Source: an uncultured Clostridia bacterium (GTDB lineage Bacteria; Bacillota; Clostridia; TANB77; CAG-508). From it: 64,000 bases of DNA. The position numbers and the translations under genes are program-made. This document shows, one piece after another, positions 55,865-64,000 of this stretch. Numbering within the stretch: position 1 is the first letter of the stretch; each line of letters opens with the position of its first letter. The notes under the pieces were generated by a model that did not search any database, had not been told where the DNA came from, and worked only from the letters and a program-made list of their open reading frames with translations. Where the stretch lies: NCBI GenBank assembly GCA_934157035.1, contig CAKPHG010000001.1:73342-137341 (forward strand), in the 5' to 3' direction.

Positions 55865-57676
55865 CTATTCTTCGTCTAATTTTAATACAGATAAAAATGC
55901 TTCTTGTGGTATTTCTACATTTCCTATTTGACGCATCTTCTTTTTACCTTTTTTCTGCTTTTCTAGTAATTTTTTCTTTCTTGTTATATCTCCACCATAA
56001 CATTTAGCAAGTACATCTTTTCTCATTGCTGAAATTGTTTCTCTTGCTATTATTTTTCCTCCAATTACTGCTTGAATTGGTATTGCAAATAATTGTCTTG
56101 GTATTGCTGTTTTTAGTTTTTCTATCATCTTTTTACCACGTTCATAACTTGAGTCTTTATGCACTATAAATGATAATGCATCTACTCCTTCACCATTAAC
56201 CCAAATATCTAATTTTACTAATTCTGAACGTCTATAATCTTTTATTTCATAGTCAAATGAAGCATATCCTTTTGTTCTTGATTTTAATTGATCAAAGAAA
56301 TCATATATAATTTCATTTAACGGCATTTCATATATTAAGTTTACCCTATTTTCATCTAAATATTTCATATCTATATAATTACCACGCCTGTTTTGGCAAA
56401 TTTCCATTATATTTCCAACATATTCTTTTGGTGTTAATATTTCTGCCGTAACAAATGGTTCTTCCATATATGATATTTCGTTTGGAACTGGTAAATCAGA
56501 TGGATTATATAGCTCCAGCATAGTTCCATCTGTTTTATATACTTTGTATATAACTGATGGTGAAGTAGTAATTAAACTTAAATCAAATTCTCTTTCTAGT
56601 CTTTCTTCTATTATTTCTAAATGAAGTAATCCTAGAAAACCACATCTAAATCCAAAACCTAATGCATTTGAAGTCTCTGCTTCATATTCTAATGCTGCAT
56701 CATTTAATTTTAATTTTTCTAATGCTACTTTTAAATTTTCGTAATCACTGCCATCCATTGGGTATAATCCACAATATACCATAGGATTTACCTTTTTATA
56801 TCCTGGAAGTGGTTCTAATGCGGGGCTACTTTTCAAAGTAATTGTATCACCAACTCTAATGTCCGATAAATTTTTAATACTTGCTGCAATATATCCAACT
56901 TCACCTGCTTCTAAATATTCACATGGTTCATACGTACCTGGTTCAAAATGACCTACCTCTGTTACAGTAAAAGTCTTTTTGGCCGCCATAAGCATTATTT
57001 CGTCTCCTACTTTTACTATTCCATCTTTTACTCTAACATACGCTATTGCTCCTTTATAGTCATTGTATAAAGAATCAAATATTAAGCATTTTAAATCTTT
57101 TTCCTTATCTCCTGTAGGAGATGGTAAATCTGTTACTATTCTTTCTAAAACTTCTTCTACATTTAATCCAGATTTTGCTGAAATACAAGGTGCATTTTGT
57201 GCTTCTATTCCTATTATATCTTCTATTTCTTTTTTTACTTCTTCTGGTCTTGCATTTGGTAAATCTATTTTGTTTATTACAGGTAAAATTTCAAGATTGT
57301 TGTCTATTGCTAAATACACATTTGCAAGTGTTTGAGCTTCTACTCCCTGACTTGCATCTACTACCAAGATAGCTCCATCACATGCTGCTAAACTTCTAGA
57401 TACTTCATAGTTAAAGTCTACATGGCCTGGTGTATCTATTAAGTTTAATTCATATTCTTTTCCATCTTTAGCTTTGTATCTCATACGAACTGCTTGAGAT
57501 TTAATAGTTATTCCTCTTTCTTTTTCTATATCCATATTGTCTAACACTTGTTCTTCCATTTCACGTTTTGAAAGAACTCCTGTCATTTCTATTAATCTAT
57601 CTGCTAAAGTTGATTTTCCATGATCTATATGTGCAATTATGCTAAAATTTCTAATGTATTTTTTTCTATCTTCCAA
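55865..57676 (-). CDS. lepA: Elongation factor 4 (LepA)
   Basis: [22 protein letters not shown]1. [13 protein letters not shown]. LepA-specific C-terminal domain. Confidence 0.95.
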   Translation of the reverse strand: MEDRKKYIRNFSIIAHIDHGKSTLADRLIEMTGVLSKREMEEQVLDNMDIEKERGITIKSQAVRMRYKAKDGKEYELNLIDTPGHVDFNYEVSRSLAACDGAILVVDASQGVEAQTLANVYLAIDNNLEILPVINKIDLPNARPEEVKKEIEDIIGIEAQNAPCISAKSGLNVEEVLERIVTDLPSPTGDKEKDLKCLIFDSLYNDYKGAIAYVRVKDGIVKVGDEIMLMAAKKTFTVTEVGHFEPGTYEPCEYLEAGEVGYIAASIKNLSDIRVGDTITLKSSPALEPLPGYKKVNPMVYCGLYPMDGSDYENLKVALEKLKLNDAALEYEAETSNALGFGFRCGFLGLLHLEIIEERLEREFDLSLITTSPSVIYKVYKTDGTMLELYNPSDLPVPNEISYMEEPFVTAEILTPKEYVGNIMEICQNRRGNYIDMKYLDENRVNLIYEMPLNEIIYDFFDQLKSRTKGYASFDYEIKDYRRSELVKLDIWVNGEGVDALSFIVHKDSSYERGKKMIEKLKTAIPRQLFAIPIQAVIGGKIIARETISAMRKDVLAKCYGGDITRKKKLLEKQKKGKKKMRQIGNVEIPQEAFLSVLKLDEE

Positions 57677-57801
57677 TTCTTTTCTCCTAAACTTTTATTA
57701 CTGTTAAGTATTTTATCATATTACTTACTTAAAATCAACAAAAAACGAGCCTAAGATTTTATATCAAATTTAATTTTAAAAAAATCTAAGACTCGTCATA
57801 T

Positions 57802-58224
57802 TTATTTTTGATAATTACTTAATAAAACTACTATTTCATAAAGAGCTAAGGCTATTAGAGCTATAAAATGTATAGTTAGGTCTATTTTTATATATTTTTC
57901 TGTTTTTTCCTTTTTTCCTGTTATTAAATTATATATTCTATATATAATTTCTAAAAATATACATATAATTATTATTCCAAAAGGATGAAATAGGTATGTT
58001 ATATTTTCAAATGCTTTAGGCAAATTTTGAATGTACCTCGTTCCTCCACATAAAGGACATTGTCTACCTGTTACTCTTAAATATGTACACTGCCCAAATA
58101 AAGGAAACACTTTTTTTATAGGTGTAGATATAATAGGAAAAAGAATTATATATATGGAAAATATTAAAAATGTAATATTCACATAAATATAATTCTTTTT
58201 TACAAAATTAATTATTCTCTTCAT
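57802..58224 (-). CDS. DUF2752-family membrane protein
   Basis: Conserved CPLCGGTR motif between TM helices. Confidence 0.65.
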   Translation of the reverse strand: MKRIINFVKKNYIYVNITFLIFSIYIILFPIISTPIKKVFPLFGQCTYLRVTGRQCPLCGGTRYIQNLPKAFENITYLFHPFGIIIICIFLEIIYRIYNLITGKKEKTEKYIKIDLTIHFIALIALALYEIVVLLSNYQK

Positions 58225-58226
58225 TA

Positions 58227-58541
58227 TTAATAATTACTTGTATAATAATATCCTGTTTCATTCATTGAAGTTAAAATATTTTCTACTTCATTTAAATCTG
58301 TTTTACTTGCAGCTACGCCAAAAACAAATACCCAGAATATAATTACTAATGTTGCTATAGCTGATAATATTAATCCAGCTATTGCTGTACCTTTCTTTTC
58401 TCCTTTTTTACTTTTTGAAACTATATCTACAATTCCTAATATTACACCTATTATAGCTGGTACTAATGCTATTGATCCACATAATGGTATAAAACCTATG
58501 ATTAATGATATAATTCCTAATACTAATGATGCTACACCCAT
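58227..58541 (-). CDS. DUF4190-like small membrane protein (partner of DUF2752)
   Basis: Two TM hairpins (LVLGIISLIIGFIPLCGSIALVPAIIGVILGIV). 2-nt gap to the downstream DUF2752 gene. Confidence 0.55.
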   Translation of the reverse strand: MGVASLVLGIISLIIGFIPLCGSIALVPAIIGVILGIVDIVSKSKKGEKKGTAIAGLILSAIATLVIIFWVFVFGVAASKTDLNEVENILTSMNETGYYYTSNY

Positions 58542-58628
58542 TTTATTTCCTCCTTTTATTTTTATATTTTCATTATATTTTATATGTCGGTTCTTGTCAA
58601 TTTTTTGGTATAAAAAAATGTATATTTA

Positions 58629-59447
58629 TTAGTTTTTTTCCACCTCTAATATAATTCTGTCTTTTTTAGTAGTCCCCACCTTCTTATTTATCTTAAATCT
58701 TCCTTTTCCTCTTATAGTTATTTTATCGTCTTCTTTTATTTGTTTTGTAGCTTTTATAATTACTTCGTAGTTTACAAAAACTCTCTCTTGTTCTAACAAT
58801 TCATTTGCTTTGTTTCTAGAACATTTTGCAAGTTCTGCTACTATGTTATCTACTCTCATAGACGAAACTGTTATCATAATCTTTTCCTTTTTTATTATAG
58901 CTTTTCTTAATTCTTCTAATCTAATTTCTTCTATTTTTGATTTTTGAAATCTTGTTAGTTCTGGAAGATTTATAACAAGGAATTTTAATATATCTTCTTT
59001 TATTATAACATCAGCTCCATTTTCATCTACTAATATGTCACCTATTTTTTCTCTATTTAGACCTAACTTCATTAACGCTCCTAAATAATTTTGGTGAATA
59101 TATTTTCCTTTATTTTCATTTGGAAGTGTAATACGAATTGCTTTTATATATTCATTAAAGTCTATATTTTGTATTAATTCTCCTAATTTTTCTGGATAAA
59201 ATACTGCTATAACTCTTTCTGCCTCTTCAAATCCACCATAAAACATATAATTTTTAAATTTTTGACTATTTAAGAAATTATAAACTAATTGTTTTTGACC
59301 CAAATCAAAAAAATCTGTTACCTGTATTTTATTTCTAGTCTCACAAAAATTAATCTTATCCATTATTTTAGATAAGACTAATTTTTCATCTTCTTTTTTA
59401 TATTTACTTAAAACACCTCTATCCATATTTTTTCCTTTTTCGACCAA
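58629..59447 (-). CDS. ylmH: YlmH-family RNA-binding protein (S4 domain)
   Basis: C-terminal S4 domain (MRVDNIVAELAKCSRNKANELLEQERVFVN). N-terminal YlmH-type domain. ~270 aa. Confidence 0.65.
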   Translation of the reverse strand: MVEKGKNMDRGVLSKYKKEDEKLVLSKIMDKINFCETRNKIQVTDFFDLGQKQLVYNFLNSQKFKNYMFYGGFEEAERVIAVFYPEKLGELIQNIDFNEYIKAIRITLPNENKGKYIHQNYLGALMKLGLNREKIGDILVDENGADVIIKEDILKFLVINLPELTRFQKSKIEEIRLEELRKAIIKKEKIMITVSSMRVDNIVAELAKCSRNKANELLEQERVFVNYEVIIKATKQIKEDDKITIRGKGRFKINKKVGTTKKDRIILEVEKN

Positions 59448-59467
59448 TTTGTTATTTTTAACAATAA

Positions 59468-61351
59468 TTAAACTTTTAAGTCATTCATAAGTTTTAAAGC
59501 TTCTTCCTCTATTGTTTTTGCATCTAATCCATATTTTTCTTCTAATTCTTCTACTTTACCATGCTCTATAAATGTGTCTGGTAAACCAAATGCTTTAAAT
59601 TGTACATCACTTTCTTCATTATTACTTATTAATTCTTGTACTTTTGAAGCTAACCCTCCTATTACAGTGTTGTCTTCTATAGTTATTACTTTCTTTGTTT
59701 TTTTGATAGAATTAATTATTGTTTTTTCATCAAATGGCTTTAAGAATCTAACATTTATAACTTCCGCTTCTATTTTTTCTTTTTCTAACTTTTCTTTTAC
59801 TTCTACTGCTTTTGCTACCATTTTTCCAATTGATACTATTGTTATATCTTTTCCGTGTGCCAATATTTCTGCTTTTCCTAATTCTATTTTTTCCTCTTTT
59901 TCAAATTTTATTTTTTTGCTTTCAGTACCACGAGGATAACGTATAACAACTGGTGCTTTTAAATTTACTGCAAATTCAATCATTTCTTCTAATTCTTTAA
60001 AATCTTTTGGCGCCATTATTGTAATATTGGGTATTAAATTAAAAAATGATAAATCAAATATTCCTTGATGTGTCTCTCCGTCTTGACCTACCAACCCCGC
60101 TCTATCTACACACATTACTACTGGTAAATTTTGCATACATACATCATGTATTACTTGGTCAAACGCCCTTTGATAAAAAGACGAATATATTGGCACAACT
60201 GGTATAAAACCTTCTTTTGCCATACCTGCAGCCATACATAATGCATGTTGTTCAGCTATACCAACATCAAAAAATCTTTTAGGATATTTTTTCTTAAATT
60301 CTTTAAGTCCTGTTCCATCTGCCATAGCAGCTGTAACTGCTACTATCTTTTCATTTTTTTCCGCTAATTCTACTAATTTTTCTCCAAATACTTGAGAATA
60401 ATCTTTATCTTTTATTTTTATACTCTTTCCTGTCTTTATATCAAAACTTGATGTTGCATGGAAACTATCTGGGTTCTCTTCTGCAAATTTGTATCCTTTT
60501 CCTTTTTTAGTTATTATATGTACAACTACTGGTTCCTTTTCTTTTTTAGCCAAGTTCAATATCCATTCTACTCTTTCTATATCATGCCCATCTACAGGTC
60601 CTAAATATTTAAACCCTAAATCTTCAAAAAACATATTTGGTATTACTAATTGTTTTATACTGTATTTAATTTTTCTTGCAAGTTTAATAACAAATGTCCC
60701 AAATCCCGGTATTCTTTCTAATACCTTTCTAACAAAATTATTTGATTTTTTATAAAACTTTTTGGTTCTTATTTTAGTTAAAAATCTAGAAATTCCCCCT
60801 ACATTTTTTGATATACTCATTTCATTGTCATTTAAAACTACTATTAATCTAGTTTTGCTATTTCCAGCATCATCTAATGCTTCTAAAGCCATTCCCCCAG
60901 TTAATGCTCCATCACCTATTACTGCTATTACATTATTATCTTCATTTTTTAAATCTCTTGCTCTTGCCATTCCAAGTGCTGCAGAAATAGATGTACTACT
61001 ATGTCCTGTATTAAAACAATCATATTCAGACTCTTTTATTTTAGGAAAGCCTGATAAACCATTTAATTGCCTTATTGTATCAAATTCATCTTTTCTTCCA
61101 GTTAATATTTTATGTACGTAAGTCTGGTGTCCAACATCCCATACAATTTTGTCTTTTGGCGTATTAAAAGCGCTATGAAGAGCGATTGTAAGTTCTACTA
61201 CCCCTAAATTTGAGGCTAAATGTCCACCTGTTTTAGAAATAGTATTTATTATTTTGGTTCTTATTTCATTTGATAACATATCTTTTTCTTTATAACTTAA
61301 TTTCTTTAAATCGCTAGGACTATTTATTCCGTCTAATAGCTTTTCTGACAT
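59468..61351 (-). CDS. dxs: 1-deoxy-D-xylulose-5-phosphate synthase
   Basis: TPP-binding GDGALTGGMALEALDDAG. Transketolase pyrimidine and C-terminal domains. 627 aa. Confidence 0.95.
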   Translation of the reverse strand: MSEKLLDGINSPSDLKKLSYKEKDMLSNEIRTKIINTISKTGGHLASNLGVVELTIALHSAFNTPKDKIVWDVGHQTYVHKILTGRKDEFDTIRQLNGLSGFPKIKESEYDCFNTGHSSTSISAALGMARARDLKNEDNNVIAVIGDGALTGGMALEALDDAGNSKTRLIVVLNDNEMSISKNVGGISRFLTKIRTKKFYKKSNNFVRKVLERIPGFGTFVIKLARKIKYSIKQLVIPNMFFEDLGFKYLGPVDGHDIERVEWILNLAKKEKEPVVVHIITKKGKGYKFAEENPDSFHATSSFDIKTGKSIKIKDKDYSQVFGEKLVELAEKNEKIVAVTAAMADGTGLKEFKKKYPKRFFDVGIAEQHALCMAAGMAKEGFIPVVPIYSSFYQRAFDQVIHDVCMQNLPVVMCVDRAGLVGQDGETHQGIFDLSFFNLIPNITIMAPKDFKELEEMIEFAVNLKAPVVIRYPRGTESKKIKFEKEEKIELGKAEILAHGKDITIVSIGKMVAKAVEVKEKLEKEKIEAEVINVRFLKPFDEKTIINSIKKTKKVITIEDNTVIGGLASKVQELISNNEESDVQFKAFGLPDTFIEHGKVEELEEKYGLDAKTIEEEALKLMNDLKV

Positions 61352-61515
61352 TTTTTTCTCCTTAATTTACACTATTTATTGTTTTTATATTTTAACATAC
61401 ATAATAAAAAAAGTCCAGTTACTAAAGCTTTGTTTCTTTTTTTCACAAAAAAAGAATTCTATATTTCAGTTTTTACTAATAAGTAATCGCTTTTTTCTAG
61501 AATTCTTTTCTATAT

Positions 61516-62109
61516 TTACATATTTAAACTATTATAATATTTTTTTACATTTATTAAGAATATGATATTTTCTATAATGTCTAATACTGAATATACTAAA
61601 ATTACAACTCCTATTGTTACAATTATAGTATTTGAATTGAATATAGTATACATTCCACATACAAGCATTGCTATAGCTATTATGAAGCTGTAAAGCCATA
61701 CATTAGAATTTATTACTTTAAATTTGAAAGATAAATTCATTCTTATTATTGAAATATATATAATCCATAATCCTATTAATATTCTAAATAATGTTCCTAT
61801 TTGGCTACTGTATGCTATTGTCACAATTCCTAATATTATAGCAATTATTCCATAGGCAATATCATAATTATATAAACTATATTTTCCTTTATTTGCTAAA
61901 TAACTAATAACTTTATATATTCCTATTATTATAAACATTGCTCCTAAAATATAAGAAACTACCTTTACTGTCCCTTCTGGCTCTTTTATTAAAACCATAC
62001 CAAGTATTGCAAATATAACTGACATTATTAGTGAGTTCCACCCAGTCTTTTTAAATATTTTTTCAAGATATTCCATATATATTATTCCTCCCTTATCTAT
62101 TTTTTTCAA
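61516..62109 (-). CDS. HdeD/DUF308-family membrane protein
   Basis: Six short TM repeats characteristic of DUF308. Confidence 0.55.
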   Translation of the reverse strand: MKKIDKGGIIYMEYLEKIFKKTGWNSLIMSVIFAILGMVLIKEPEGTVKVVSYILGAMFIIIGIYKVISYLANKGKYSLYNYDIAYGIIAIILGIVTIAYSSQIGTLFRILIGLWIIYISIIRMNLSFKFKVINSNVWLYSFIIAIAMLVCGMYTIFNSNTIIVTIGVVILVYSVLDIIENIIFLINVKKYYNSLNM

Positions 62110-62272
62110 TATATCATATTTTTATGAACAAAGTGTGAATTTTGTTTAATTATTTTTATTTTTATCAAATATTACATTTTTATGTCTTTTTTATAAATTT
62201 ATTGAATTTTTAATATTGGTTATACTATAATAATGATATATCAAATTATAATGTATGAAAGGAAGATTTTTA

Positions 62273-63640
62273 ATGAAAAAATTAAACAAAATATTAGCTT
62301 TATTTTTTATTTTAATTTTAATTTTAACTTTATCAACTATTTCTCTTGGTGCTACTAGTAACTCTAAAGATCTAAAACTAGAAATTGTTGAAAATAATAT
62401 TTGTAAAATTAATATTAAAGAATCTGCTATTTTTGAAAAGAAGATTTCTAAATATGATTTAGAAAAGAAAGAATTAACAATGCAATTACAAATTTCAAAT
62501 ATTGCTAAAGCTCCTCTAGCAGATCCTACTGAAATTTTCTTAGTTATAGATACTTCAGATAGTATGAAAAGGGAAGTTTCTACTGGAGTTACTAGAATGC
62601 AAGCTATAACAGATGCTGCTTCTAAACTTTCTACTGAGCTTTTAAAAAACGAAAATGTTAAAATAGGTATTGTTACTTTTTCTACAAGTGACAATTTTGG
62701 TACAATAGCTGATGCAAAGTTAAAAACAACTTTAACATCTTCAAGTTCTGACATTTCTTCTATTATAAGTGCTATCACTTACGATGGAAATGGTCAAACA
62801 AATATTGATGCAGGTATTACACTTGCAAGTCAAAACTTTTCAAGTACTTGTGAAAACAAATATATTTTATTATTAACAGATGGCGTTCCAAATTATTCTA
62901 TAGGTAAATCTACTTTTGAATACTCTGGAACTACAGCTACAAATACAAAAGCTAAATTAGAAAAAATTACTAAAACAGATAAAATAAATCTTATATCTGT
63001 AATGACAGGTGTAGAATCTAATGTTGAAAATCCTGAAACAGGCAAAACATATAAAGAACTTGCAGAAGAAATATTTGGAACTTTTGAAAAACCAAACTAC
63101 GGTAAATTTTACTATATTCCTGATTCAGAAATAGAAAAAACTATATCTGAAGATATCCTTAAAGATATTACTACTAAAAATAATGGTATTTTAACAGATA
63201 TTAAAATTTATGACTACTTTCCACAAGAAATAGTAGATAACTTTGATTTTGAATATGTAAGTTCTCCAAATTTAGGAACTGTATCAGCTTCTATAGATTT
63301 ACAAAATAATTGTATTGTATGGAGTATAGATGAACTTTCTTATGGTCAAGTTGCTACACTTTCTTATAAATTGACTGTAAAAGAAAATGTAAATTCTGAT
63401 ATAATTAATGTTATTTTAAAAACAAATGAAAAAGTAGATATAATAACTAAAGAGATTCCTGAACCTGTAACTTCAGATGTCTCACCAAAAATAAAGTTAA
63501 CTGGAGACACTACTAAAGCACCTGACAAAATTCCTCAAACTGGTTTATCTAATACAATTTATGTTGTTTTAGGTATTTCTATAATTGCTTTAGTTTATAC
63601 AGTAATTAAACTTTATACTTTGAAAAGAAATGTAAAATAA
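62273..63640 (+). CDS. Cell-wall-anchored von Willebrand factor A (VWA/MIDAS) domain protein with sortase sorting signal IPQTG (start at Met with SD AAAGGAAG; track ORF begins at 62255)
   Basis: Signal peptide. MIDAS DTSDSM...T...D motif. C-terminal IPQTG, then hydrophobic segment LSNTIYVVLGISIIALVYTVI, then KLYTLKRNVK (LPXTG-type tripartite signal). Confidence 0.7.
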   Translation: MKKLNKILALFFILILILTLSTISLGATSNSKDLKLEIVENNICKINIKESAIFEKKISKYDLEKKELTMQLQISNIAKAPLADPTEIFLVIDTSDSMKREVSTGVTRMQAITDAASKLSTELLKNENVKIGIVTFSTSDNFGTIADAKLKTTLTSSSSDISSIISAITYDGNGQTNIDAGITLASQNFSSTCENKYILLLTDGVPNYSIGKSTFEYSGTTATNTKAKLEKITKTDKINLISVMTGVESNVENPETGKTYKELAEEIFGTFEKPNYGKFYYIPDSEIEKTISEDILKDITTKNNGILTDIKIYDYFPQEIVDNFDFEYVSSPNLGTVSASIDLQNNCIVWSIDELSYGQVATLSYKLTVKENVNSDIINVILKTNEKVDIITKEIPEPVTSDVSPKIKLTGDTTKAPDKIPQTGLSNTIYVVLGISIIALVYTVIKLYTLKRNVK

Positions 63641-63653
63641 TTAGATTTATTTA

Positions 63654-63689
63654 AAGAAGACATATAATAAAATTATATGTCTTCTTTTT

Positions 63690-63692
<3 letters not shown>
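63654..63692. terminator. Bidirectional intrinsic terminator between the VWA gene and eno
   Basis: agaagacatataataaaattatatgtcttctttttttat. Confidence 0.7.

Positions 63693-64000
<308 letters not shown>

Noticed and set aside
62191-62778. Minus-strand 195-aa ORF overlapping the start of the VWA gene
   Set aside because: The VWA gene has a signal peptide, SD and domain motifs. The antisense ORF has no SD and an odd composition.

Overview
Low-GC, strongly AT-rich chromosomal segment with a Firmicutes/Clostridia-like gene set. About 85 % is coding, mostly on the minus strand. Conserved housekeeping and sporulation genes dominate: sigH, rqcH, ligA, mutS, miaB, rpmE, a D-Ala-D-Ala carboxypeptidase, ytfI/ytfJ, scpA, recA-recX, spoVS, ymdB, sspH, rpiA, tyrS and thrS (each behind a T-box leader), clpX, clpP, tig, dnaE, rqcP, rlmB, lepA, dxs and a partial eno. 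There is one tRNA-Thr(GGU). Several intrinsic terminators and sigma-A-like promoters are readable. No rRNA, CRISPR array, transposase or integrase was seen. The accessory or unusual content, in order of interest, is: (1) a compact three-gene toxin-antitoxin islet inserted between ligA and mutS, comprising a small antitoxin-like ORF, a RelE/ParE-family toxin and a ToxN/AbiQ-family endoribonuclease homologue that has no ToxI-type tandem repeat array; (2) a 640-aa prepilin-signal-like protein carrying 3.5 tandem ~150-aa repeats (also near-identical at DNA level), followed without a terminator by a small secreted protein; (3) an HD dNTPase-like protein fused to a C-terminal CYTH domain; (4) a sigma-70/ECF-type sigma factor fused to transmembrane segments, with a downstream membrane protein; (5) a MATE transporter fused to a cytidylate-kinase-like domain; (6) a sortase-signal (IPQTG) VWA/MIDAS surface protein; (7) a ~31-nt GC-rich hairpin element present at two distant intergenic sites, with core fragments elsewhere; (8) a C39-like peptidase gene interrupted by a frameshift in an A7 run. 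Coordinates of small hairpins may be off by a few nt.
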